64,000 nucleotides of DNA from Escherichia coli (lineage in GTDB: Bacteria > Pseudomonadota > Gammaproteobacteria > Enterobacterales > Enterobacteriaceae), in assembly GCF_030384885.1 (NCBI RefSeq), contig NZ_CP128613.1. One strand, written 5' to 3'. Below the pieces are notes generated by a model that did not search any database, was not told the origin of the DNA, and saw only the letters and a list, made by a program, of their open reading frames with translations. The position numbers and the translations under genes are program-made. Of this stretch, positions 22,810 through 32,439 are shown piece by piece (positions within the stretch are counted from its first letter, which is position 1; the number at the start of each line of letters is the position of its first letter).

Positions 22810-22916
22810 GATCTACCAGTCCCATTATTTTCCAGAGTTCCTGCCACTATTCCCCCTAACCGTTGTGCATTAAGATTGCTCTTTGCCATTATTGGCCCAG
22901 CGGAGTGATGACTATT

Positions 22917-24959
22917 ATGGATGATAAACAAATTACGGTCTGGCTTAAACACAATTGCTGTTCAACGGACATTCCTGCCATTGCCGAGGCACTAACGAAC
23001 CATGCAGAATGGCTTTTAGAGCTAGCGCCAGATCCTATTGAACAAGGTTGTTCATGTTTACCGCCGACAGCTGCAGCCGGTATTTTTCTTGGCGCAGCGG
23101 CGATGGTTCACTGCGGCGAGGCTAGTGGTGCAGAAACCTGGCTCGAAGCAGCCATTACTGATTACCATTTCTTTAATCCAAATGGATATAGTTCATGGAG
23201 AGGCAGTACGCCTGTTTTTACAGCATTATCGCGTTACCCGGCATTAAGAATGGTGTTATTTAACGCCGCTTGCGCAATGGAAGACTGGAATAAAGCATCC
23301 GCTGTTCTTGAATCGCTTTTCCATGCCAGCGATGTAACGGAAGATAACCCTGTCGCCCCCAATTTTACCCCTTATGCGCTGAAAGCGTTTATCGCGGATT
23401 ACCACCCGTTAGGGCCTGCTTATTATGATGAAACCTGGTTGCTGGCAAAACAAGCGTGGTTAATTAATGCGGGCGTTCTGGATGAGCGAACCTGTAATAC
23501 CTGGAAGCAATATACCCGCCATTTGCGCCATTTGATCCATAATGCACAGTTTTCCGATGCGATCTCTTTTGTACGCAGTAAAAAAGAACCATTAAATCAT
23601 ATCCATACCTACTCAGACTTTTATCTCTATGCGATTGGTTTATTTTCTTCTACTGATCAGCTAAGTGAAGCGCTAACCTGGGTAAAACAATTAATCCGCA
23701 ACAATGATGGTCATTTCCATGATCTTTTCGTTTCAACTGGCGCAAAGCGCCGAATAAAGCCTGAACTTAGTACCTTGCTGAATAATCTCTTGTACAGCGC
23801 AGAGTTTCAGGCGTTGCAGGATAAATATCTCACCGTCGGACATGATGTTGTGCATTCTGGTCCCTTCATGTCACTTTATGAAAAGGTTCTTGGCGGTAAG
23901 TCCCGAAAGCGCTGCGCGATTAGTCGAAAATTAATCTCACCCGGCGAAGCGGTTTATGAATATCGTCAGCTGGATAGTGTGGAATATATTGCAGCGAAAG
24001 CGGCCTTTCAGACATCTGAGCTAAATAATATCGCCCACCGGCATCATAATGATAGTTATCAGTGGCATGAATTTGCCGTCCAATGGCCTCGTCGGGGTTC
24101 ACTTTCTCACCCAGATATTGCCCGTTATTTGTTTGAGCGCCAGGAAGGAAAATGCTTTGATGCCGCAGAGTTTATACAACTGATTGCGGAACCGTTTGTC
24201 TTTCCGATGCGTTTCATATGGGTTGCCGGGTTGTCCTTTGAATTACATCAGTATCCGGATGCCTATTTCGTAAATGACAATATGGCGGGTGAATTTGTTA
24301 ATCTCTGCTGGATGGCTATGAAATGCGGACATGCTGGCGACATTTTCAAACAACTGGCCCACGAGCCGCATGACGTTGCTGACCCTATTTACGCCATGCT
24401 CGCCACGTTTGACCGCGCTGATTGCCGTAGCGCCGCCGCCGCGCACTTTGGACAACCGGAACTACCGGAAATAATGGCACTGGCTTTCAGTTCGAGGTTA
24501 TCGCTCGACAGCGTCCTTACCATCGCTGAGTTTGGTAAAAATCAGCCGCGATTTTCACATGCGCTAGCAACGGCCCTCCTGCGTTACAACCTGCACATCT
24601 ACTCAAACTATATGCCGCAGGTTAACTGGTACCTTCAGGGGCTGGAACACTATGCTTTGGCAAAAGGCGGTCAACTTTTAAATTTCTTTGTGCATATTCC
24701 AGAACAAATTCCCGTTCTGGCGACCATGCTGGAACATGGCGTATTAGTGCGTGGGATCGGTGAAGGTGCCTATGATGGTTATGATAATTCAGCAAATTCA
24801 TTTCATCATGCCGCCGTGATGCACTGCCTCACGCACGCGCCGGAAAAAGTCCGCTACTGGATGGAAACACCCTGGATTCAGAACTATTTAGTGAATGCGC
24901 CGCTGCGTCAAACGGCGCGCCATGTGGAAGCCTGGCATAAAAAGTTTGGCATCAAATGA
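22917..24959 (+). CDS. Orphan large soluble protein of unknown function (about 680 aa), the sole gene on an accessory segment between tpx and tyrR
   Basis: An uninterrupted ORF runs from 22863 (TTG) to TGA 24957-24959. In-frame ATGs occur at 22908 and 22917. GGAG at 22902-22905 favours 22917, but the start is uncertain. I see no signal peptide, TM segment or catalytic/NTP-binding motif. No sequence family is recognised by me. Confidence 0.75.
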   Translation: MDDKQITVWLKHNCCSTDIPAIAEALTNHAEWLLELAPDPIEQGCSCLPPTAAAGIFLGAAAMVHCGEASGAETWLEAAITDYHFFNPNGYSSWRGSTPVFTALSRYPALRMVLFNAACAMEDWNKASAVLESLFHASDVTEDNPVAPNFTPYALKAFIADYHPLGPAYYDETWLLAKQAWLINAGVLDERTCNTWKQYTRHLRHLIHNAQFSDAISFVRSKKEPLNHIHTYSDFYLYAIGLFSSTDQLSEALTWVKQLIRNNDGHFHDLFVSTGAKRRIKPELSTLLNNLLYSAEFQALQDKYLTVGHDVVHSGPFMSLYEKVLGGKSRKRCAISRKLISPGEAVYEYRQLDSVEYIAAKAAFQTSELNNIAHRHHNDSYQWHEFAVQWPRRGSLSHPDIARYLFERQEGKCFDAAEFIQLIAEPFVFPMRFIWVAGLSFELHQYPDAYFVNDNMAGEFVNLCWMAMKCGHAGDIFKQLAHEPHDVADPIYAMLATFDRADCRSAAAAHFGQPELPEIMALAFSSRLSLDSVLTIAEFGKNQPRFSHALATALLRYNLHIYSNYMPQVNWYLQGLEHYALAKGGQLLNFFVHIPEQIPVLATMLEHGVLVRGIGEGAYDGYDNSANSFHHAAVMHCLTHAPEKVRYWMETPWIQNYLVNAPLRQTARHVEAWHKKFGIK

Positions 24960-24996
24960 ACGTTGCCGCTGCGCCTGAACGGCGCAGCCAGCACAA

Positions 24997-26538
24997 TCAC
25001 TCTTCGCTTTTCTTCTGGTTTAAGCCATATTCCCGCAACTTATTGGCAATCGCGGTATGCGAAACGCCGAGACGTTTTGCCAGTTTGCGCGTGCTGGGAT
25101 AATTGCGATAAAGCTGAGTTAATACCGAGCGTTCAAAACGGCTGGTGATTTCGTCCAGCGAACCTTCCATCGCATCTTCGCCCACGGCTACCGTTGCGGC
25201 GTCATAATCCGGTAACAAAATATCCTGTGGACGTAGCTCATAACCGTCCAGTTGTGTCAGTGCGCGATAAATAGCGTTCTTTAACTGCCGCACATTTCCC
25301 GGCCACGCATAACGCGTAAGTACAGTATTCAGGTCAGCGGCCAGTTTCGGACGCGGCACGCCCTGCTCGTCGGCAAAGCGGGCGACGAACAGCTCGGTTA
25401 ACGGCATGATGTCCTGCGGACAGTCACGTAGCGGCGGCAGATTGAGCGTCAACACGTTCAGACGATAATAGAGATCTTCACGGAAAACGCCTTTTTGCAC
25501 CAGTTCGACTAAATTCTTCTGCGTAGCGCAAATAACCCTTACATCGACATGCACTTCATGATCTTCACCAACTCGACGGAAAGTACCATCATTAAGGAAA
25601 CGCAGTAATTTCGCCTGCATCCTTGGCGACATCTCGCCTATCTCATCTAACAGCACCGAACCACCGTTCGCCTGCTCAAAGAACCCTTTTTTACCTTCCG
25701 GAGCATGACCAAACAGTTCACTCTCGACCGCATCTTCCGGTATAGACGCGCAGTTCAGCGCCAGGTAAGGTTTGCCCGCTCGTGGGCTTGCCTGATGGCA
25801 GGCGTAGGCAAAGAGATCTTTACCTGTACCGGTGTCACCCGTAATCAGCAACGGCGCGCTTAGCATCGCCAGTTTCTGCGCCTGTTCGACAACATGCTTC
25901 ATTTTCGGGCTGACGGCGACAATTTGACTGAAGGCACTGACGTCCTGTGCAGCGACATTCTGCAACTGACGGCCCATACGAATCGTCGAGCGCAACATCA
26001 CCACCGCACCGGTCAGAACGTGTTGATCATTTTCATCCTGAAGATAAACAGGCGTAATCTCCATCAGGAAATTCTGCCCATTAATAACGACATGCTCGTT
26101 ATGCGAGTCTTGCGGTTCGCTTTCCAGCCAGCGTAAAAAATTAAAGCCGTTAATTAATTGCGCGGCGGTATGGTTGCGCAGGCGATCCAATTTTTGCCCA
26201 AAAAGCTGACAGCTCGCCGGGTTCGCCATATCCACTTTGCTTTTCATATCAACAGAAAGCACAGGCTCAGGCAACGCCTCCAGTAACGCGCTCAACGCCA
26301 GATGCTCACGTTCGGAAGGCATCCACGGAACAGTGCGCACATCGGTAACACCTGCAATACGGCGTATTTCGGCCATCAGACTGCTGAAACTTTCAAATTC
26401 CAGTTCGGCAAAATTGAGGTAGATTCGCCCAATGGGGTCAATCTCAATACCGCGTAAATCAATGCCTCTTAGCACGAGTAGATCGAGTAATTCGCGGGTC
26501 AGACCGAGTCGGTCTTCACAAAAGACTTCCAGACGCAT
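24997..26538 (-). CDS. tyrR: Aromatic amino-acid regulon transcriptional regulator TyrR
   Basis: Trimmed to ATG 26538 (MRLEVFCEDRLGLTRELLDLLVLRGIDLRGIEI...), 513 aa. It has an AAA+ Walker A motif GDTGTGKDL and a C-terminal HTH. Confidence 0.96.
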   Translation of the reverse strand: MRLEVFCEDRLGLTRELLDLLVLRGIDLRGIEIDPIGRIYLNFAELEFESFSSLMAEIRRIAGVTDVRTVPWMPSEREHLALSALLEALPEPVLSVDMKSKVDMANPASCQLFGQKLDRLRNHTAAQLINGFNFLRWLESEPQDSHNEHVVINGQNFLMEITPVYLQDENDQHVLTGAVVMLRSTIRMGRQLQNVAAQDVSAFSQIVAVSPKMKHVVEQAQKLAMLSAPLLITGDTGTGKDLFAYACHQASPRAGKPYLALNCASIPEDAVESELFGHAPEGKKGFFEQANGGSVLLDEIGEMSPRMQAKLLRFLNDGTFRRVGEDHEVHVDVRVICATQKNLVELVQKGVFREDLYYRLNVLTLNLPPLRDCPQDIMPLTELFVARFADEQGVPRPKLAADLNTVLTRYAWPGNVRQLKNAIYRALTQLDGYELRPQDILLPDYDAATVAVGEDAMEGSLDEITSRFERSVLTQLYRNYPSTRKLAKRLGVSHTAIANKLREYGLNQKKSEE

Positions 26539-26608
26539 GGGAACCTTCACCTGAAAAAAGAACAATTAATATGATGATATGACACTATTTGGATAGCAGG
26601 AAGGTTTC

Positions 26609-26626
26609 TGTCAACAATCATTGACA
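26609..26626. promoter_or_regulatory. TyrR box upstream of tyrR (autoregulation)
   Basis: The palindrome TGTCAAcaatcaTTGACA fits the TyrR box consensus TGTAAA-N6-TTTACA. It lies 71-88 bp upstream of the tyrR start. Confidence 0.7.
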
Positions 26627-26685
26627 CAAAGACGGAAAAACGGGCACTTCGGCGTAAAGATATCCGGTCAGCACCCGATATTGCA

Positions 26686-27747
26686 TTATTTTTCGCTGGG
26701 CGTTTTGCCTTTTTGCAGCGTCTCTTTCACCTGACCGATAAGCTGACGACGGAAATCCCCGAGGCGAGGTTTGTCATCGTCAATCCACGGCAGCGGGCGG
26801 CAAAGCTCCATAGCTTTAATCCCCAGTCGTGCCGTCAGAAGTCCAGCACCAATCCCCTGAGCTGCCCGGGTAGACAAACGCGCAGCGAGATCTTGCGACA
26901 TCCAGTCCATCCCCACTTCGCGCACCAGTTCGCTGGCTCCGGCGAAAGCGATATTCAGCAATACCAGCTTAAACAGGCGCAAACGGCTGTAATATCCCAG
27001 TTCAATGCCATACAGCGTGGCGATGCGATTGATCAAACGCAGATTGCGCCAGGCGATAAATGCCATATCCACCAGCGCCAGCGGGCTAACGGCGATCATT
27101 AACGTTGATTCCGCCGCTGAGCGACTGATTTCGCGCCGCGCCTGGGCATCTAAAACCGGCTGGACCAGATGAGCATACAGGCTGACCACTTCACGATCGT
27201 TCTGCGTTTCATGGATTGAGGCATACCAGCGTTGCAGTGCCGGATGCGACTGGTCGATGCCCGCCTGCTGCGCCAGTTTTTCGCAGAATGCACGGCCTTT
27301 ACCCGTGCCGTGACTGTGCAACAAATCGCGCGCTTCGTCGCGTTCATGGGCGCGCTGTCGCAAGCGCCATAAACGCCGCCACTCTGTTACCACAGAACCT
27401 ACGCCAGCGCCGATAATCAATGCCCCAGCGGCACATCCACCCAGCGCTACCCAATCCTGAGTTTGCCAGGCATTCATCGTCCACTGCACGCCCTGCCCGA
27501 CAACGCTTGCACCAAACAGAGCCAACCCGCCCATCACCATTTTGCGCCACAGGCTGCGTTTCGGACGTAACGCTGCGTCCATCACCGCTTCAACTTGCCC
27601 CTCTTCTTCCTGCGCTTCGTCGAGCGTGGCCGGGGCAAAATTTTGCGCCTGATTTTCGTCAAAGGTCTGCTGCGCCCTGAATTTTGGATTCTGATCGACC
27701 TCCAGTGGACCGTCGAAATCAATACGTGGTTTTAACGGTTCGGTCAT
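26686..27747 (-). CDS. ycjF: Conserved inner-membrane protein YcjF (function unknown)
   Basis: 353-aa ORF with an acidic N-terminal region and central hydrophobic helices. Its start overlaps the ycjX stop by 4 nt. Confidence 0.9.
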   Translation of the reverse strand: MTEPLKPRIDFDGPLEVDQNPKFRAQQTFDENQAQNFAPATLDEAQEEEGQVEAVMDAALRPKRSLWRKMVMGGLALFGASVVGQGVQWTMNAWQTQDWVALGGCAAGALIIGAGVGSVVTEWRRLWRLRQRAHERDEARDLLHSHGTGKGRAFCEKLAQQAGIDQSHPALQRWYASIHETQNDREVVSLYAHLVQPVLDAQARREISRSAAESTLMIAVSPLALVDMAFIAWRNLRLINRIATLYGIELGYYSRLRLFKLVLLNIAFAGASELVREVGMDWMSQDLAARLSTRAAQGIGAGLLTARLGIKAMELCRPLPWIDDDKPRLGDFRRQLIGQVKETLQKGKTPSEK

Positions 27748-29141
27748 CGCAATTTATCTCCTATTAAAAATTCCAGCGCAGCATCAAGACGAATATGCGG
27801 CAGCGGTTTGTCGACATCCATCACCTGCGGACGAAACGCCTCAAACTGGAAGCCTTGCTTATCCCAGAACGCCTGACCAGGCAAACGTGCGGGAACTTCG
27901 CCAGGATAAACAGTGAGCGGTGCGCCATCGCTGAGTCGATTACCGCGCAGCGCCGGGATTTTCTCACCGTTAACATCAATAATGCCGCTGGTGGTCGCCT
28001 GAACTGACGCCAGCCCCAGGCAGTCCATGCTGATCCCTTCGAACGCCGCATTTTGCCAAGCATCCTGAATCAGTTGTTGCAGTAATGAAACCATATTGGC
28101 GTGCTGATCGATGGTCACATGGTCTGCTTTAGTGGCAGCAAACAATAGCTTATCGATAACCGGCGAAAACAAACGCCGGAACAGGGTTCGCTGCCCGTAG
28201 TGGAAACTTTGCATCAGCTGCGTCAGCGCCAGACGCATATCATTAAATGCCTGTGGCCCACTGTTGAGCGGTTGCAGGCAATCCACCAGCACAATCTGCC
28301 GATCAAAGCGCAGAAAATGATTTTTATAGAACCCCTTCACCACTTTCTCGCAGTAATAATTAAATCGTTCGCGCAGCATTCCGGCATTGGTGTGCTTGTC
28401 GGCCTGTGCAAGTTTTGATTCGCCCCAGGCATCGACATCTGGCCACGGGAAGAATTGCAGCGCGGGCGCACCTGCCATATCGCCCGGCAAGACAAAACGT
28501 CCAGGCTGAATAAAGTGCAGCCCCTGCTGTTTGCAGTGGTGGAGATAATCGGTCCATGCGGCCGCAATGTCTGCAAGACGGTTTTCGTCGGCAGGTGCTA
28601 GTGGGTCCAGCCCTTCGCACATCATTCGCCATTTTGCCGACCATTCGCCGCGCTGACCATTGAGTAAGCCCGTCATCTGGCGCGACCAGCTTAAATAGTC
28701 CTGCGCCAACATCGGCAAGTCGAGTAACCATTCGCCGGGATAATCCACTATCTCCAGATACAACGTGGAAGTGTCTTTGAAGTGACGCAACAGCGAATCG
28801 TTCGATTTATAGCGTAGCGCCAGGCGAATCTCACTGACGCCGCGTGTTGGGGTCGGCCAGGCGGGAGGATCGCCATATAACTGCGCCAGCCCTTCATCGT
28901 AGGTGAAGCGCGGAATGCCAAAGTCACGCTGGGGAATGCGTTTTACGCCCAGCAGGCGCTCTTCACGCACCGCACTTAATAGCGGCAAGCGTGCTCCGGC
29001 ATGAATATTGAGCAACTGATTGACCATCGCAGTGATAAACGCGGTTTTGCCGCTGCGGCTAAGTCCGGTTACAGCGAGGCGCAGATGTCTGTCGACACCC
29101 CGATTCACCAGCGCATTAAGTTCATTTTTAAGTCGCTTCAT
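27744..29141 (-). CDS. ycjX: Conserved P-loop NTPase YcjX (function unknown)
   Basis: 465-aa ORF with the Walker A motif GLSRSGKT near the N-terminus. Recognised as YcjX. Confidence 0.92.
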   Translation of the reverse strand: MKRLKNELNALVNRGVDRHLRLAVTGLSRSGKTAFITAMVNQLLNIHAGARLPLLSAVREERLLGVKRIPQRDFGIPRFTYDEGLAQLYGDPPAWPTPTRGVSEIRLALRYKSNDSLLRHFKDTSTLYLEIVDYPGEWLLDLPMLAQDYLSWSRQMTGLLNGQRGEWSAKWRMMCEGLDPLAPADENRLADIAAAWTDYLHHCKQQGLHFIQPGRFVLPGDMAGAPALQFFPWPDVDAWGESKLAQADKHTNAGMLRERFNYYCEKVVKGFYKNHFLRFDRQIVLVDCLQPLNSGPQAFNDMRLALTQLMQSFHYGQRTLFRRLFSPVIDKLLFAATKADHVTIDQHANMVSLLQQLIQDAWQNAAFEGISMDCLGLASVQATTSGIIDVNGEKIPALRGNRLSDGAPLTVYPGEVPARLPGQAFWDKQGFQFEAFRPQVMDVDKPLPHIRLDAALEFLIGDKLR

Positions 29142-29284
29142 TGCTGTCCTGTGGACCAGAAAAAATCATTCGTAAGGATATGAATGTGGGGGCCATGCCC
29201 TTGATTATCAACTGCCCGTGTTGTCATCTTGAGGGGAACTCCATAAGATGTGCAGCATTCACGTTCGGACGGAGTTCCTGACCT

Positions 29285-30283
29285 ATGTCCCCTACTATTT
29301 ATGATATTGCCAGGGTTGCCGGCGTATCAAAGTCCACCGTATCACGCGTGCTGAATAAGCAAACCAATATCTCCCCGGAAGCGCGCGAAAAAGTGTTACG
29401 GGCCATTGAAGAATTACAGTATCAGCCAAATAAACTGGCCCGCGCGCTGACCTCTTCGGGCTTTGATGCCATTATGGTGATTTCTACCCGTTCGACCAAA
29501 ACTACGGCGGGTAACCCGTTTTTCTCCGAAGTTTTGCATGCCATTACCGCCAAAGCGGAAGATGAGGGTTTCGACGTGATATTGCAGACGTCGCACAACC
29601 CGGCTGAAGACTTACAAAAATGTGAAAGCAAAATTAAGCAGAAAATGATTAAAGGCATTATTATGCTAAGTTCGCCAGCAGATGAGTCTTTTTTCGCCCA
29701 ACTCGATAAATACGATATTCCGGTGGTAGTAATTGGCAAAGTTGAAGGTGAATATGCCCATGTTTATTCTGTCGATACCGATAATTTTGGCGACAGTATT
29801 GCGCTGACCGATGCATTAATTGAAAGTGGACATAAAAATATTGCCTGCCTACATGCTCCGCTTGATGTCCATGTTTCGGTTGACCGCGTTAATGGTTATA
29901 AGCAAAGTCTGGAAGATCATAATATTGCAGTGCGCAATCAGTGGATCGTTGACGGCGGTTATACCCATGAGACAGCACTGCAAGCCGCGCGGGAATTATT
30001 AAGCCAGTCACCGTTGCCTGAGGCAGTGTTTGCTACTGACAGCCTGAAATTAATGAGCATTTATCGTGCGGCGGCAGAGAAAAACATTGCTATTCCGCAG
30101 CAGTTAGCGGTGGTGGGTTATAGTAATGAAACGCTGTCGTTTATATTAACGCCTGCACCGGGCGGCATCGATGTTCCGACGCAGGAGTTAGGTCAACAAA
30201 GCTGCGAGTTATTATTCCGCTTAATTGCCGGAAAACCGTCACCACAAAATATTACCGTTGCCACGCATATGTCGTTGAAATAA
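29285..30283 (+). CDS. ycjW: LacI-family transcriptional repressor YcjW
   Basis: 332-aa ORF with the N-terminal [24 protein letters not shown] and a periplasmic-binding-protein-like sugar domain. Confidence 0.93.
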   Translation: MSPTIYDIARVAGVSKSTVSRVLNKQTNISPEAREKVLRAIEELQYQPNKLARALTSSGFDAIMVISTRSTKTTAGNPFFSEVLHAITAKAEDEGFDVILQTSHNPAEDLQKCESKIKQKMIKGIIMLSSPADESFFAQLDKYDIPVVVIGKVEGEYAHVYSVDTDNFGDSIALTDALIESGHKNIACLHAPLDVHVSVDRVNGYKQSLEDHNIAVRNQWIVDGGYTHETALQAARELLSQSPLPEAVFATDSLKLMSIYRAAAEKNIAIPQQLAVVGYSNETLSFILTPAPGGIDVPTQELGQQSCELLFRLIAGKPSPQNITVATHMSLK

Positions 30284-30295
30284 ATGCCAGCTACG

Positions 30296-30381
30296 TTGCC
30301 TGAATGCCGGATGCGATGCTGGCGCATCTTATCCGGCCTACATTTATAAACCGGATAAAGTACTCGCGCCGCATCCGGCAA
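30296..30381. repeat. REP/BIME cluster between ycjW and ompG
   Basis: Contains tgccggatgcgatgctggcgcatcttatccggcctac and ccggataaagtactcgcgccgcatccggca. These are two inverted REP units. Confidence 0.85.
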
Positions 30382-30393
30382 TTTAGCACATTA

Positions 30394-31299
30394 TCAGAAC
30401 GCGTAATTCACACCGACACCTGCATAATGGAATTTATCGCTATCGCCTTCGTCGTGATCCTGCCACTCAAACGCATATTCCAGCGAAACGGAAAGACCAT
30501 TCTGGAAATCATAACCGTAAAACAAACCAAGACGGTTAAAATCATGGCCTTCACGTTCGATATCATCCTGCCAGTCCCAGTTACTCCAGCGATCCAACCC
30601 AATGCGCGTATACGGCGTCACCGAGTGATTGCCGAGCGTCAACGGTAAATAGGCGCGAATTTCTTGCGTGGAGAATTCACCGTTATTGCGGCTGTCGTCC
30701 ATATTGAAGCCGCGCTCGAGATAATAGTTCACCCGCAAGGCAACCGTTTCGTTGAAAGTATATTGCAGACCCGTTTCCGTTTCGACACGGGTATCAGCAT
30801 AACCGGTCGTGTTCAGATCGTTGGCAAATTTATACATCGACAGCCAACCGTTGAAACGTAAATCGTCAGTCAGTTTCACGTCCCAGTCTGGCGCGATTTT
30901 CCAGCGCTGCATATTTGCCGTGTCTTTACCCGGTTCATCAACATAGTGATAACCATAGTTACGGAAACCACCGGTCAGGCCGAAACTGAAATCATCGCTT
31001 TCGAGAAACTGATAATGCACTTCCAGTTCCGGGCGATCAAACCAGGTTCCACGTTTACCCGCGCTATAATCTACTGGCCCTTCCTGGTAATAAGCCAGCG
31101 ATATTCTCCACGGCCCGTTGGCAGCATTAAAATAGACGGAAGGCTCCGCCAGCCCGTCCATATCTTCGCCATAACCCTCGACGTTTTCTATTTCGTACAT
31201 CGCGCCGATATTAAAGTGCCAGTCTTTTTTTTCCTCAGCCTGTGCGCAGGCCATTCCCGCACACATCACCAGTGCGGTACAGGGTAATAACTTTTTCAT
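30394..31299 (-). CDS. ompG: Monomeric 14-strand outer-membrane porin OmpG
   Basis: 301-aa ORF with a signal peptide MKKLLPCTALVMCAGMACA/QAEE and a beta-barrel C-terminus ..GVGVNYAF. Confidence 0.95.
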   Translation of the reverse strand: MKKLLPCTALVMCAGMACAQAEEKKDWHFNIGAMYEIENVEGYGEDMDGLAEPSVYFNAANGPWRISLAYYQEGPVDYSAGKRGTWFDRPELEVHYQFLESDDFSFGLTGGFRNYGYHYVDEPGKDTANMQRWKIAPDWDVKLTDDLRFNGWLSMYKFANDLNTTGYADTRVETETGLQYTFNETVALRVNYYLERGFNMDDSRNNGEFSTQEIRAYLPLTLGNHSVTPYTRIGLDRWSNWDWQDDIEREGHDFNRLGLFYGYDFQNGLSVSLEYAFEWQDHDEGDSDKFHYAGVGVNYAF

Positions 31300-31343
31300 T
31301 ATTGTTCCTTGTATTATCCTGGGGGAATGCCTTCCCCCTGTAT

Positions 31344-32426
31344 TTAGCGAATTGCTATTTCCGTTTCTGCATCAAAGAAATGACATTTGGTCATATCGAA
31401 ATGAATAGTGACGTTTTCTCCTGCATGATAATCATTTAACGCACCGGCACGGACCACCAGCTCGTGCCCCCCAACCGTGGTGTAGAGCATAAATTCCGCA
31501 CCGGTTAATTCCGCCACGCTAATTTTGGCGGAAATGTTATTTTCCTCTTGCGCATCCGGATGAATATCTTCCGGGCGTATTCCCATCACAATGGGTTTAT
31601 GCAAACTTTCCTGCGTTTTCAGAACCGCTAATTTATCTTCGGGAATGGTTAATTTAAGCGTTTCCGTAACGAATTTATCGCCATCGATCGTGCCGCGAAT
31701 AAAATTCATTGCTGGTGACCCAATAAATCCGGCAACAAACATATTCGCCGGTTGGTTATAGACCGTTTTCGGCGCACCGACCTGCTGAACAATCCCATCC
31801 TTCATAATGACAATCCGCGTCGCCATGGTCATCGCTTCGGTCTGATCGTGGGTCACGTAGATCATGGTGGTGTTCAGTTTCTGATGCAGCTTGCTGATTT
31901 CCGCTCGCATTTGTACGCGCAGCTTGGCATCCAGGTTAGAGAGCGGTTCATCCATTAAAAACACGCCCGCTTCGCGCACAATCGCCCGTCCGAGCGCCAC
32001 ACGCTGGCGTTGCCCGCCGGAAAGCGCGCCCGGCTTGCGTTTCAGGTACTCACGCAGGCCGAGGATTTGCGCCGCCCAGTTAACCCGCTCATCAATCACC
32101 TCTTTGGCGATTTTTTGCATCTTCAGGCCAAACGCCATGTTGTCGTAGACCGTCATATGCGGATACAGCGCGTAGTTCTGGAAAACCATCGCGATATTGC
32201 GCGCTTTGGCCGGAACGTCGTTCATTCGTTTGCCGTCGATCAACAGATCGCCGCCGCTGATCTCCTCAAGCCCGGCAATCATACGCAGCGTCGTCGATTT
32301 ACCGCAGCCCGACGGACCGACAAACACGATGAACTCTTTATCGGCAATCTCCAGGTTGAAGTCCTTCACCACATGCACCTGGTTATCGTAGATCTTTTGA
32401 ATATGTTGTAACGAAAGCTGTGCCAT
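31344..32426 (-). CDS. ycjV: ABC transporter ATP-binding protein YcjV (MalK-like), full length
   Basis: 360-aa ORF with Walker A GPSGCGKST, the signature LSGGQRQR, Walker B FLMDEP, and an intact C-terminal MalK-type regulatory domain. Confidence 0.92.
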   Translation of the reverse strand: MAQLSLQHIQKIYDNQVHVVKDFNLEIADKEFIVFVGPSGCGKSTTLRMIAGLEEISGGDLLIDGKRMNDVPAKARNIAMVFQNYALYPHMTVYDNMAFGLKMQKIAKEVIDERVNWAAQILGLREYLKRKPGALSGGQRQRVALGRAIVREAGVFLMDEPLSNLDAKLRVQMRAEISKLHQKLNTTMIYVTHDQTEAMTMATRIVIMKDGIVQQVGAPKTVYNQPANMFVAGFIGSPAMNFIRGTIDGDKFVTETLKLTIPEDKLAVLKTQESLHKPIVMGIRPEDIHPDAQEENNISAKISVAELTGAEFMLYTTVGGHELVVRAGALNDYHAGENVTIHFDMTKCHFFDAETEIAIR

Positions 32427-32439
32427 GTTGATTCCTTTG

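Noticed and set aside
22863-22916. ORF-track N-terminal extensions. Examples are the TTG-initiated MCIKIALCHYWPSGV... on the orphan ORF and the extra residues on uspF, dgcM, abgA, abgT, fnr, uspE, mpaA, ycjG, tyrR, ycjM, pspD, pspF, puuC, puuD, puuA and puuP.
   Set aside because: The longest-ORF convention overshoots. Internal ATGs with proper SD spacing reproduce the N-termini I recognise for these proteins. For the orphan ORF the start remains uncertain (22908 or 22917).
23893-23916. LGGKSRKR in the orphan protein as a possible Walker A/P-loop.
   Set aside because: It does not fit GxxxxGK[ST], because the residue five positions before the GK is Glu. No Walker B-like hhhhDE follows.
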